A DNA stretch of 64,000 nucleotides, from assembly GCA_016124905.1 (NCBI GenBank), contig WGMV01000002.1, forward strand, positions 1,257 to 65,256, given 5' to 3'. Positions 20,576 to 31,217 of the stretch are shown piece by piece. The notes under the pieces are model-generated. The model saw only the letters and a program-made list of their open reading frames with translations, was not told the DNA's origin and ran no database searches. Numbering within the stretch: the stretch's first letter is position 1; each line of letters opens with the position of its first letter. Both the position numbers and the translations under genes were made by a program. This DNA is from a bacterium (GTDB lineage: Bacteria; Pseudomonadota; Alphaproteobacteria; Rickettsiales; RI-342).

Positions 20576-20622
20576 CGTCCATGCGGAGCATGGCAATTCA
20601 AACGATGCAAGCAGAGCGAGCC
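20576..20622. repeat. 47-nt dispersed intergenic repeat, copy A
   Basis: Sequence cgtccatgcggagcatggcaatt-N16-agcgagcc. Its first 23 nt and last 8 nt are identical to copy B at 23041-23087. It contains the hairpin ccatgc-gga-gcatgg. Confidence 0.65.
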
Positions 20623-20633
20623 GACCCGGAGCC

Positions 20634-20661
20634 CGTAAGCTTCACTTAGTTAAAGCTTACG
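20634..20661 (-). terminator. 9-bp stem hairpin (cgtaagctt / aagcttacg) enclosing the pdxH stop codon
   Basis: Perfect inverted repeat read directly. There is no U-tract, so terminator function is only inferred from its position. Confidence 0.35.
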
Positions 20662-21250
20662 GAAATAGAAGTTCCGTGCTCCAGGCACCGTGGGTGCCGT
20701 CCCGTCGGTATATCAACCGGTCATGCAGCCGGTGCGGCTGTTCCTGCCAGAATTCAATGACATCCGGCACCAGGCGGTAGCCGCCCCAGTGCGGCGGGCG
20801 CGGCACCGGCTTGCCTTCATATTGCCGGTCAAACTCGGCAAAGCGCTTTTTCAGGCTGTCGGCCTCGGGCATCGGCTGGGACTGAAGCGACGCCCATGCG
20901 CCAATCTGGCTTTCCCGCGCGCGGCTGTTGTAATAATTATCGCTTTCCGCCTCGCTCACGCGGACAATCTTCCCCTGCACCCGCACCTGCTTGCCCAGGC
21001 GCATCCAGTAAAAATTGAGCGCCGCCTGGGGGTTCACTTCAAGCTCATGCCCTTTTTGGCTGGTGCTGTTCGTGAAAAACACAAATCCCGTATCCAGCGC
21101 CTTCAGCAACACCACCCTGCAGGAGGGCATCCCATGCTCATCCGCCGTGGCAAGATGCATGGCGGTCGGCTCTTTCAGGCCAAGCGCACCCGCTTCGGCA
21201 TACCAGCTTTCAAACAGTTCAAACGGGTCGTTGGGGGCGTGTATCGTCAT
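20657..21250 (-). CDS. pdxH: pyridoxamine 5'-phosphate oxidase
   Basis: [20 protein letters not shown] and the C-terminal WSTELLFP. I take the start at MTIHAPND (ATG 21250). The ORF-track 21355 extension is hydrophobic junk that would overlap the hfq promoter region. Confidence 0.9.
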   Translation of the reverse strand: MTIHAPNDPFELFESWYAEAGALGLKEPTAMHLATADEHGMPSCRVVLLKALDTGFVFFTNSTSQKGHELEVNPQAALNFYWMRLGKQVRVQGKIVRVSEAESDNYYNSRARESQIGAWASLQSQPMPEADSLKKRFAEFDRQYEGKPVPRPPHWGGYRLVPDVIEFWQEQPHRLHDRLIYRRDGTHGAWSTELLFP

Positions 21251-21335
21251 GGCTAAAGATGATGTTAGGTTATGGACAATCGCGAAATAGCATCTATTAT
21301 GCAGCGCAACATATCCAATGAAAAAGGAAAAAAAC

Positions 21336-21617
21336 ATGCGCCAGGATAAAGCCAATAATTTTCAGGATAATTTCCTCAACGCCCTCCGCAAAAAGAAACT
21401 CCCCGTCACCGTTTACCTCATCAACGGCGTGAAACTGCAAGGCATTGTCGGCAGTTTCGACAGTTTCTGCATCACGCTTCGCCGTGGCCCGCAAATCCAG
21501 ATGATCTACAAGCATGCTGTGGCCACCGTGGTGCCCGCCGGCGCGCTGACGCCGGAGGATTTCGGCATTGAAGTGGGCGAGCACGACGACGTGCCCATGC
21601 CCGATGATTTCGAGTAA
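21336..21617 (+). CDS. hfq: RNA chaperone Hfq
   Basis: Sm1/Sm2 motifs [21 protein letters not shown] and IYKHAV. ATG 21336 is preceded by AAGGA. The C-terminal tail is acidic. Confidence 0.93.
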   Translation: MRQDKANNFQDNFLNALRKKKLPVTVYLINGVKLQGIVGSFDSFCITLRRGPQIQMIYKHAVATVVPAGALTPEDFGIEVGEHDDVPMPDDFE

Positions 21618-21622
21618 ACCGC

Positions 21623-22939
21623 TTGTCGCAGCCAATTGATACGGCTCCCCTTGTCGAACAGGTATTGCTCGTCTGCCCGACTGCCCGCCGCGCCCCTCGC
21701 GGCGGCATCAGCAGCGTCAACCGCTCGTCCGACGGCCGCGTGGAAGAGGCCATCGGCCTGGTAAACGCCGCCGGGCTGGATGTGGCCCATGCCGAACCCT
21801 GCAACCTCGCCAGCGTCAGCCCTTCCCACTATATCGGCCAAGGCAAGGTGGATGAGCTGAAGCAGATCGTGGATGAACAGGGCATCACGCTGGCTGTGAT
21901 GGATTGCGCCCTTTCTCCTGTCCAGCAGCGCAACCTGGAGAATGCCTGGAAATGCAAGGTCATCGACCGCACGGCCCTCATCATTGAGATTTTCGGCCAG
22001 CGCGCCCGCACGCGTGAAGGCCAGTTGCAGGTGGAACTCGCCTCGCTGGATTACCAGAAAGGCCGCCTCGTCCGCGCCTGGTCGCACCTTGAGCGCCAGC
22101 GCGGCGGCGGCGGCTTCACGGGCGGCCCGGGCGAACGCCAGCTTGAGCTGGATAAACGCATCATCCGCGACCGCATCATCAAACTGAAAAAAGAACTCCA
22201 GGAAGTCCGCCAGACGCGTGAACTGCACCGCAAGAAGCGCCGCGAGGCTCCTTACCCGGTCGTGGCGCTGGTGGGCTATACGAACGCCGGCAAATCCACC
22301 CTTTTCAACCGCCTTACCGGGGCGGAGGTATTGGCGCAGGACAAGCTCTTCGCCACGCTGGACCCCACGCTCCGCAAGCTGAAACTGCCTTCGGGCGTGG
22401 ATATCATGCTGTCCGATACGGTGGGCTTCATCTCCAACCTCCCCACGCAACTGGTGGAAGCCTTCCGCGCCACGCTGGAGGAAGTGCTGGAGGCCACGCT
22501 CATCCTGCATGTGCGCGACATCTCGCACGAAGAGACCGACATTCAGAAACTCGATGTTGAAAAAGTGCTGAAAACGCTGGACCTCTCCACCGAAGCGCTG
22601 GATTCCATGCTCGAATGCTGGAACAAAATGGATGTGCTCGACGAGGAACAACAGGCCGACATGCTGCGCCTGGCCGCCGACGAGCTGCGCACCGTCTGCA
22701 TCTCCGCGCATACGGGCGAAGGCCTTGACCGCCTGACCGCCGCCATCGACGAAGCCCTCAGCAGCAACACGGTGACCATGTCGGTGGAACTCCACCCCGA
22801 CGAAGGCGGCATCTCCGCCTGGCTGCACGAAAACGCGCATGTGATGGAACAGCAGCAGGCCGAAAGCAATCTGCGCCTCAGCATCCGCATCACCCCTGCC
22901 AATCAGGGGCGCCTTCTCAAAAAATTGAAAGCAGCCTAG
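21623..22939 (+). CDS. hflX: GTPase HflX
   Basis: G1 GYTNAGKST, G3 DTVGF, G4 NKMD. It sits immediately downstream of hfq, which is conserved synteny. The start codon is TTG. Confidence 0.9.
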   Translation: MSQPIDTAPLVEQVLLVCPTARRAPRGGISSVNRSSDGRVEEAIGLVNAAGLDVAHAEPCNLASVSPSHYIGQGKVDELKQIVDEQGITLAVMDCALSPVQQRNLENAWKCKVIDRTALIIEIFGQRARTREGQLQVELASLDYQKGRLVRAWSHLERQRGGGGFTGGPGERQLELDKRIIRDRIIKLKKELQEVRQTRELHRKKRREAPYPVVALVGYTNAGKSTLFNRLTGAEVLAQDKLFATLDPTLRKLKLPSGVDIMLSDTVGFISNLPTQLVEAFRATLEEVLEATLILHVRDISHEETDIQKLDVEKVLKTLDLSTEALDSMLECWNKMDVLDEEQQADMLRLAADELRTVCISAHTGEGLDRLTAAIDEALSSNTVTMSVELHPDEGGISAWLHENAHVMEQQQAESNLRLSIRITPANQGRLLKKLKAA

Positions 22940-22968
22940 CTTTACACACAAAACCTCACATAAAAGCC

Positions 22969-23087
22969 GGAGCGTAGCGCGACTGGCACCGTCCATGCGA
23001 AGCATGGCGACGCATATGGAGGGCCGCGCCTTATTGGGCGCGTCCATGCGGAGCATGGCAATTTTAATTATGCGGGCGGAGCGAGCC
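22969..23087. repeat. two tandem copies of the dispersed repeat (partial copy C 22969-23010, full copy B 23041-23087)
   Basis: Copy C carries ccgtccatgcgaagcatggcga. Copy B carries cgtccatgcggagcatggcaatt...ggagcgagcc. Both match copy A at 20576-20622. Confidence 0.65.
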
Positions 23088-23097
23088 ACTAAGGCCA

Positions 23098-23126
23098 GCA
23101 TGTAATTCGCAAAGCGAATTACATGC
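23098..23126 (-). terminator. 13-bp perfect stem hairpin (gcatgtaattcgc aaa gcgaattacatgc) enclosing the stop codon of ORFan-761
   Basis: Read directly. The stop codon TAA (23119-23121) lies inside the 3' arm. No U-tract follows. Confidence 0.4.
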
Positions 23127-25404
23127 TGAACATTTCCTGGCTCACACCAGGCACAATCACCTGCTTGGCCGCAGCAGCCATCAGGCTCTGGTCTTCCAGG
23201 GAAGGTGCGGCATTGGTTTCCACCGCCTGTGCATGAATGAAACGGTCAAGCATCTGCTGCTCTTCCGGCAGCGTCTCACCACGCAACCTGGCGGTCAGCG
23301 CGCGCTGGATCACTTCCACACCCCAGCCATTCTTCACCGCCTCGCGGTCCTGACTCAGGCTTTTCGCCACGTTCGTGATCTGGTCGTCGGTCAACTGCTT
23401 GTCGCCGGTTTTGGATTTCACCCATTCCGCCGCAGCCGCCGTGGTCACCAGCAGGTCATTCACGCCCATTGCGGCATTGCGGATGGTGGAGTTCTTGTCG
23501 GCATTGGCCAGCGTCGTGGCAGCCAGCAGCATGTTGCTGTAGCCGAAAAAACGCCCAAAAGCCGTTTTGTTGATCTGCTCATATTCATTCAGGTTCAGCA
23601 GGTTGGCCGCCTGCATACCGATATAGCGGTCGGCTTCGGAAAGCCCCTGACGGTTATCCTTCTGCTTTTCCTTGAACTGCTGGTAATAATCCAGATAGGT
23701 CTCGGGGTTCTGCAGCTTCGCCTGATATTCCTTGCTGCCCGGCTTGCTGTAGCGCGGCGCTTTATGGTCGAAATCCGTGCCATGCTCCAGCATGTCCTTA
23801 AGGGCTTTTTGCACACGGGCCAGTTCCTCGCCCTCAAAATGCACTGGCTTGCCGCCTTCGCCAAGCGGCAGCGGGTTTTTCGGGTCGGCGATATTGGCAT
23901 CCACCATGCCGCGGTAATCGGCCACCTGCTGGCGCAGCTCGGCCATTTTCGCGCGCACCTCGAACAAATCTTTTGCGTTGAAGGCGATCTGCTGGGCATT
24001 ATGCGCCGTGATCCACGGGCCGCCAAAACCGAACGGATCCTTCGACACATGGTCCCAAAAGCCCACCCACGGCGCGCCGATGGTCTTGCCGAAGCTGTTT
24101 TGCGTAAAGAATTTATTGGCCGCACGCCAGATACCGCCGATAATCGGCTTATCGCGCAGCGAATCGCTGATATTGGCATAATCGAAATCGGGATGATCCA
24201 CCCCGCGGCGCGGCATGAAGGCGAAAATGGAGGCCGAGAACATCAGCACCAGGCCTGAGAAAACCGCCTGCGGCTTGAGTTTTTTAGTCCGGGCGATCTC
24301 GCCGGTCACCTCATCGAGCTTCACGTTAACATGGCCGTTGCCGATCGTCTCGGTGGAAAGCACCTCCTCGTTACGGCCGCGAATCAGCGACGAACCGGCC
24401 CAGAGATTGGCCAGCATCATCACAAAACGCCCGCCATCGGCCAGAAAGGTGCGGCCAAGGCGTGGGATTGCGCCCAGATCCTTGCCATCTGGGCCGAAAT
24501 TGATGGCCTTGTTGAAGTCTACCTCGTCACCCACGCGGAAATTCTGGTCAAGCCGGTCCACCACGCTTTTGACGGTTCCCGGGCGCTTCAGAACGGAATT
24601 GATGAGCCAGCCGATGCTGCCGGAAAGAAACCCGGCGCCCTCGCCGAAACGCGGATGCGCCAGCGGGCTGATGCCCAAACGGCGCGCATCGTCGATAGTG
24701 GCAAGAAGAATGCGGCTATCGCCGAAACCATAAAGGATAGGGCCGACCACATCGGCGTTATTCAGCAGTTTGGCGAGGTTTTTCTGCACAGGGTTAAGCC
24801 CGTAGAACTCATCCCGCACAAAGCCCGTGCCCCAGTTTGCCTTCTCCAGCTGGCGAATCAGCGCCTCATCGTCCCGCACACCGGTCAAACGCAGGCCGGG
24901 AGCGCTGGAACCGGCCACCGCCTTGTGTTCCGTATGGCCTTTGCCGATGCTGTCCCACAAATCGCCCATGCGGAAGAATTCATGCGCCACGCGCTCTTCA
25001 TGCAGCCCTTTGATGGTGATGCTGTTATCGCCCACTTCGATGCTGGCAAAGCTTGGCTTGCCCAGTTCGCTGATTTCACGCGCCTTTTGTTCCGGCGTCA
25101 GGCTGCTGCCATTGATGGTGCGAACGGTCTTGTTATGATCCTGTTCCAGGATGCGGTTTTCCACCGCCACGCGCTCTTTCAGGTAATCCAGCAGTTTCGG
25201 GTCGATGCTTGCCAGGTCATGAAAGCGCACCTCATGCGTCAGGCCCGAGGAAATTTCCGTGGGAACAACCGTATAACCTGCGGCTTCAAGCCCTTGAATC
25301 AGCGAATTTACTTCGTCCGCGCTCTGCCCCGGCTTGGCCGTAATAACGGCTTGCCCCTTGTATGAATAGAGCCTCGCTCCATTATCCCAGCGGTAAATTC
25401 CCAT
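23119..25404 (-). CDS. large hypothetical protein (761 aa), no recognisable family
   Basis: Long ORF with an AAGGTGG about 11 nt upstream of ATG 25404. It has central hydrophobic segments (GAGFLSGSIGWLINSVL; GRFVMMLANLWAGSSLI; AVFSGLVLMFSASIFAFM) between large hydrophilic regions. I saw no catalytic motif. Confidence 0.7.
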   Translation of the reverse strand: MGIYRWDNGARLYSYKGQAVITAKPGQSADEVNSLIQGLEAAGYTVVPTEISSGLTHEVRFHDLASIDPKLLDYLKERVAVENRILEQDHNKTVRTINGSSLTPEQKAREISELGKPSFASIEVGDNSITIKGLHEERVAHEFFRMGDLWDSIGKGHTEHKAVAGSSAPGLRLTGVRDDEALIRQLEKANWGTGFVRDEFYGLNPVQKNLAKLLNNADVVGPILYGFGDSRILLATIDDARRLGISPLAHPRFGEGAGFLSGSIGWLINSVLKRPGTVKSVVDRLDQNFRVGDEVDFNKAINFGPDGKDLGAIPRLGRTFLADGGRFVMMLANLWAGSSLIRGRNEEVLSTETIGNGHVNVKLDEVTGEIARTKKLKPQAVFSGLVLMFSASIFAFMPRRGVDHPDFDYANISDSLRDKPIIGGIWRAANKFFTQNSFGKTIGAPWVGFWDHVSKDPFGFGGPWITAHNAQQIAFNAKDLFEVRAKMAELRQQVADYRGMVDANIADPKNPLPLGEGGKPVHFEGEELARVQKALKDMLEHGTDFDHKAPRYSKPGSKEYQAKLQNPETYLDYYQQFKEKQKDNRQGLSEADRYIGMQAANLLNLNEYEQINKTAFGRFFGYSNMLLAATTLANADKNSTIRNAAMGVNDLLVTTAAAAEWVKSKTGDKQLTDDQITNVAKSLSQDREAVKNGWGVEVIQRALTARLRGETLPEEQQMLDRFIHAQAVETNAAPSLEDQSLMAAAAKQVIVPGVSQEMFSM

Positions 25405-25539
25405 TTTGACTACCCCACCTTCGGTAGATCGGAATGATTAGAGCCATATTGTAACACTTAATATTAAAGTTTTGTGATAGCGCCCCCCTGAAACAGGCAA
25501 AAAAATCGCCCATACCACCACTTTTTTTATGATTTAGCC

Positions 25540-25568
25540 CTTGAAAGCGCATTGCAACGCGCTTACCT
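25540..25568 (+). promoter_or_regulatory. possible RpoH (sigma-32)-type promoter of groESL
   Basis: CTTGAAA at 25540-25546 and a CTTACCT -10-like element at 25562-25568. Compare the alphaproteobacterial CTTG-N17-CYTATNT consensus; the spacing here is one nt off. No CIRCE element is seen. Confidence 0.3.
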
Positions 25569-25626
25569 GTGCACATGCATTGAAACACAAAGCCTTATTC
25601 GGCTCGTTCTTTTGAAGGAGAAACCT

Positions 25627-25944
25627 ATGAAAATACGCCCCCTGCACGACCGCGTCGTGGTTGAACGCCTGGATAGCGAAGAGAAAACCGTTGGCGGCAT
25701 CATCATCCCCGACACCGCCAAGGAAAAGCCCCAGCAGGGCAAAGTGGTGGCCGTAGGCGCCGGCAGCCGCGACGATAGCGGCAAAATCATCCCGATGGAC
25801 GTGAAAGAAGGCGATATCGTGCTGTTCGGCAAATGGTCCGGCACGGAAGTGAAGGTGGACGGCAAAGAGCTGCTCATCATGAAAGAGTCCGACATCATGG
25901 GCGTGGTGCTGGATGCTGCCACTTCCAAGAAAAAAGCCGCTTAG
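25627..25944 (+). CDS. groES: co-chaperonin GroES
   Basis: [15 protein letters not shown] ... [29 protein letters not shown] lies upstream of ATG 25627. Confidence 0.96.
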   Translation: MKIRPLHDRVVVERLDSEEKTVGGIIIPDTAKEKPQQGKVVAVGAGSRDDSGKIIPMDVKEGDIVLFGKWSGTEVKVDGKELLIMKESDIMGVVLDAATSKKKAA

Positions 25945-26040
25945 CGTTCCTGACCTGCCCTTCGGGCAAGTTCACGCGCCCATTAGGCGCGGGGCCTCAT
26001 GGCCCAACTCGCTAAGCTCGTAACCCATTAATTAATCTAA

Positions 26041-27693
<1,653 letters not shown>

Positions 27694-27730
27694 CCTTATG
27701 CTCGCCAAGTTATCTTGGCAAAACCGAAAA

Positions 27731-27759
27731 GGCCGTGGCATTTGCCACGGCCTTTTTAT
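27731..27759 (+). terminator. rho-independent terminator of groESL
   Basis: Stem ggccgtggca / tgccacggcc with a 2-nt loop, followed by a TTTTTATTT run. Confidence 0.8.
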
Positions 27760-27794
27760 TTGGCCATAAGTAAAAAAGCCGAAAGGAGAAGCCC

Positions 27795-28226
27795 ATGCAA
27801 CCCCGCCTCACCCTTGTGACCCTTGGTGTAAAAGACGTCGCCCAATCCCGCCGTTTTTATGAAAAAGGCCTGGGCTGGAACATCTCCCCCCTCAGCCAGG
27901 AGGAGGTCTGCTTCATCCAGACCGGCGGCATGGTACTGTCGCTCTATTCCCGCGCCTCATTGGCCAGGGATATGGAGGTGAAGGACGACGGCGCGCGCTT
28001 TTCCGGCATTACCCTCGCCTACAACACCCACACGCGTGAAGAAGTGGATGACGTGATGGCCACCGCCAAAGCAGCAGGCGCCACCATCATCAAACCTGCG
28101 CACGATATCTTCTGGGGTGGTTATGTCGGCTTCTTCGCCGATCCGGATGGGCATATCTGGGAAGTAGCCTGGAACCCGCAATTCACGCTGGATGCCACCG
28201 GCAACATGCTGCTGCCTTCTAGCTGA
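27795..28226 (+). CDS. VOC (glyoxalase/bleomycin-resistance) family protein
   Basis: LTLVTLGVKDVAQSRRFYEKGLGW and a C-terminal FADPDGHIWEVAWN. AAAGGAG lies upstream. Confidence 0.8.
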   Translation: MQPRLTLVTLGVKDVAQSRRFYEKGLGWNISPLSQEEVCFIQTGGMVLSLYSRASLARDMEVKDDGARFSGITLAYNTHTREEVDDVMATAKAAGATIIKPAHDIFWGGYVGFFADPDGHIWEVAWNPQFTLDATGNMLLPSS

Positions 28227-30126
28227 GCTTCTTTCCCTGCAACGGCAGACGTATGGCGGAATTTTGCGTCTCAAGCTCCTGCGCGTAACGCTTCAGCGTA
28301 TAAGCCTCCGTCACATAGCCGATAATCTTGTGGCTTTTCAGCGAATCCAGCACCGGCAGTTCCTCCAGCTCGGATCGCTCAAACTGCTTCATCGCATGCT
28401 GAATATCCTCATCCGGCAGAAGATAAAAATCCTTCCCTTTTGCCAGCTCACGCGCCACGGTTTCATTCAGCCGCTTATCCAGGTTTGGGCTGTGGATGGC
28501 GTTTACATCCACCACACCCTGATATTCATGGCCCTTATCCACCACAAACACCCGGCGCGTATCGCCCAGTGGCGCCACCTCACGCAAATCGGCCAGGCTG
28601 GTATCGCCCGGGACAATGCGCGCGTCGCTCTTCATCAGTTTGCTTACCTTAAGGTCGCTGATCCAGCCGATATCCTGCGCCCCATGAATACGCAACCCAC
28701 GCAAGTGAAACCGCCAGGTTGAGAAGGAATAGCCGAACATGTACCGTGTGAGAGAAGACGACACCAGCACGCCAAACAGCACGCCCGAAGTCGCCGCGAA
28801 GCTTCCGGTCAGCTCCAGCACCAGCAGCACCATTGTCACCGGTGCGCCGATGATGGAAGTCGCCACCGCGCCCATGCCAACCAGCATGAAACTCTCCACC
28901 TGCCCCGGCGTCTGCGGCAGCAGATAACTGGCCACCACGCCCATGATCTGCCCCGTCAAACATCCCAGAAACAACGACGAACTGAACAACCCGCCCCGAA
29001 ACCCGGCACCGATGGAAACAGCCGAGGCCGCCATTTTCGCCAGCAGCAGCACGATCAGCGGTAAAAGCGGCCAGGCCCGGTTCAAATGGTCGTCGATTGC
29101 GCCCTGCCCGCTTCCCAACACCTGCGGAAACAACAGCGCAATGAGGGAAAGCACCATGCCGCCACATACCGGCCTCAGCCAATCCGGCAGGGAAAGCCTG
29201 TTGGCCGTATGCTCACAGCTGGTCACCATTTTCATGGTCGCAATACCCACGAACGCCGAGGCAATCCCCAGCACAAAAAACAACCCGTAATTATAAATCG
29301 GCACATCAATCACGTTATTGGAAAGCTGAAAAATCGGCGTGCCTTCCGTGAATATCCGCACGAACACCGCGCTGGAAAGCGCGCACAACCCCACCTGCAG
29401 CAAAGCAGAAATCGTATAAACGCTAAGCACCAGCTCAAACCCGTAAAACGCGCCTGCCAGCGGCGCGTTAAACGCAGCCGAAACAGCCGCTGCCGCGCCC
29501 GCAGCCACAAAAATACGCAAATCCTCCCGCCGCAATTGCAGCTTCTGCCCCGCCCAGGAAAGAAAGCCCGAGCCCATCTGGGTGTAAGCCGCCTCCATCC
29601 CGAACGACACCCCCGACGCGCTGGAAATGAAGGATTCCAGCAGCAGGCGCAGGTTGTCGATAAAGGGCATGCGCCCGCCCATCAGCGCATTCGCCTCAAT
29701 CGGGTCGATCACTTCTTTGGGCCGCCAGTAGCGCATCAGGGAAGAAACAATCACCAGCAGCACAGCGCCCGCGGCAGGCACGGTTACCACCCTCACCCAG
29801 TCGATGCTTGAGGCCGAGCTGATATATTCCCCCGGCCCAAGCAGAAAAATCGCCTCGTGCAGCACCTTCAACGCATGATGCAGCGAAGCCACGATAGCCC
29901 CCACCACCATCCCAAGCAGCACGCACAGCAATGCCTGGCCAAACTGGTTTTCGCGCAGCACATGGCGCAGCAGGTCCGGTTCATCGATCCAGCTATCCAG
30001 CCGCTCTTTTACATCCACCATCAACGGGTGCCGCGCCAGACGGCGCATCCATGCATGTTGCGTGTCGTTCATCTTCACAGCCTGGTTCAGCCTCAGGTAA
30101 GGCATACCCTTGTAGGCCGATACCAC
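28219..30126 (-). CDS. ClC-family chloride channel/antiporter with C-terminal CBS pair
   Basis: More than 10 hydrophobic helices with ClC-like glycine-rich helix caps (GVSFGMEAAY, GAGFRGGLFSSSLFLG). The C-terminal ~150 aa has the tandem CBS pattern. The start may be ATG 30072 instead of 30126. Confidence 0.82.
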   Translation of the reverse strand: MVSAYKGMPYLRLNQAVKMNDTQHAWMRRLARHPLMVDVKERLDSWIDEPDLLRHVLRENQFGQALLCVLLGMVVGAIVASLHHALKVLHEAIFLLGPGEYISSASSIDWVRVVTVPAAGAVLLVIVSSLMRYWRPKEVIDPIEANALMGGRMPFIDNLRLLLESFISSASGVSFGMEAAYTQMGSGFLSWAGQKLQLRREDLRIFVAAGAAAAVSAAFNAPLAGAFYGFELVLSVYTISALLQVGLCALSSAVFVRIFTEGTPIFQLSNNVIDVPIYNYGLFFVLGIASAFVGIATMKMVTSCEHTANRLSLPDWLRPVCGGMVLSLIALLFPQVLGSGQGAIDDHLNRAWPLLPLIVLLLAKMAASAVSIGAGFRGGLFSSSLFLGCLTGQIMGVVASYLLPQTPGQVESFMLVGMGAVATSIIGAPVTMVLLVLELTGSFAATSGVLFGVLVSSSLTRYMFGYSFSTWRFHLRGLRIHGAQDIGWISDLKVSKLMKSDARIVPGDTSLADLREVAPLGDTRRVFVVDKGHEYQGVVDVNAIHSPNLDKRLNETVARELAKGKDFYLLPDEDIQHAMKQFERSELEELPVLDSLKSHKIIGYVTEAYTLKRYAQELETQNSAIRLPLQGKKLS

Positions 30127-30164
30127 AGAGATGCAATGAGGAATGATGGCTGCTTACAGCCCTT

Positions 30165-30629
30165 TTATACCACGAACAGCCGCTCGGGGTCGACAATCAC
30201 CATCAAACTGTCCTGCATGGGATACACGCCGGAGGCAATGGCCTTCCAATGCTCTTTCAAGTGCGGCGGCGTGTGTTCGATTTTATTATCCGGCAGGTTC
30301 AGTACATCGCCGATCTTATCGACAATCAGTCCGTAAAGCTCCTCGTGGTAATTCACCACCACCAGCGTCAATTCATCGTCCGGCCCATGCTCGACGATGG
30401 GCATGCCCAGCCGCTTGCGCATATCGATCGCCGTCACCACGCGCCCGCGCAGGTTCATCACGCCCGCAATGCATTCATGCGTCAGCGGCACGGGCGTGAT
30501 CATCCGGTTCTTCAGCACGTCCTGCACGCAGGAAACCGGCATACCAAGCATCTGGTTCTCCAGCTTCATGGTCACATAGGCCTTAACGGTTTCCTCCCGG
30601 GGGGTATTTCTGAGCGTGGCGACGACCAT
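30165..30629 (-). CDS. cheW: CheW-like coupling protein
   Basis: The CheW-domain pattern spans the whole 154 aa (LGMPVSCVQDVL ... IAGVMNLRGRVVTAIDMRKRLG ... GLIVDKIGDVL). Confidence 0.8.
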   Translation of the reverse strand: MVVATLRNTPREETVKAYVTMKLENQMLGMPVSCVQDVLKNRMITPVPLTHECIAGVMNLRGRVVTAIDMRKRLGMPIVEHGPDDELTLVVVNYHEELYGLIVDKIGDVLNLPDNKIEHTPPHLKEHWKAIASGVYPMQDSLMVIVDPERLFVV

Positions 30630-30653
30630 GACTGGGTAACTCCCTAAAAAACG

Positions 30654-31217
30654 TCAGCTTTTAGGCTGATTATCAGGCACTATCATGTATTTCTGAAAAA
30701 ATGGCAAATGCGCCAGGAAAAAAAGCATGATCAATGTCGGTAACCCGAACAGCTTGATGTTCACCCAAACATTATCCGGCGTATGCCGCCAGGCGATTTC
30801 ATTCACGCAGGCAAGCATCACGAACATGCCCACCATCCGCCAGGTCAGCATTTTCCATGCATTGTCCGGCAGGTTGAATTGATGGCCGAGCGCCTGCTTC
30901 ACCCAAAGCCTGTCGGCCGCCAGCCCGATGGCCAGCGTCAGCGCAAACACAAGGTTCACCACCGTCGGCCGCATCTTGATGAAAAGCGGATCGTTAAACG
31001 CCAGTGTCAGCCCGCCGAACACCAGCACGAAGGCACAGGTTATGGCGGGCAGCAACGGCCATTTCCGATAATGCGAATAATGCAGCAGCAGGGCAATCGG
31101 CGTGACGATCACCACCGTCAGCGTCGCCGCCATCAAGCCGCCCAGATGAAACCCGATCAGAAATCCCACCGCCGGGCCGAAATGGCTGAGCGCATAAATC
31201 AGCTTCTCTTTCGTCAT
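30654..31217 (-). CDS. yciB: intracellular septation protein A (YciB/IspZ family)
   Basis: Five hydrophobic helices with the family blocks FIKMRPT, LPDNAW and WVNIKLFG. Confidence 0.8.
   Translation of the reverse strand: MTKEKLIYALSHFGPAVGFLIGFHLGGLMAATLTVVIVTPIALLLHYSHYRKWPLLPAITCAFVLVFGGLTLAFNDPLFIKMRPTVVNLVFALTLAIGLAADRLWVKQALGHQFNLPDNAWKMLTWRMVGMFVMLACVNEIAWRHTPDNVWVNIKLFGLPTLIMLFFLAHLPFFQKYMIVPDNQPKS

Noticed and set aside
20576-23087. The dispersed ccatgcggagcatgg repeats were considered as a degenerate CRISPR array.
   Set aside because: There are only three copies, separated by 2.4 kb of genes and by 30 nt. Spacing is irregular and no cas genes are present. They behave like REP/MITE-type intergenic repeats.
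25405-25626. A CIRCE (TTAGCACTC-N9-GAGTGCTAA) heat-shock operator was sought upstream of groES.
   Set aside because: No match is present. Only ttagccc-ttgaaagcg is there, which fits a sigma-32-type -35 element better.
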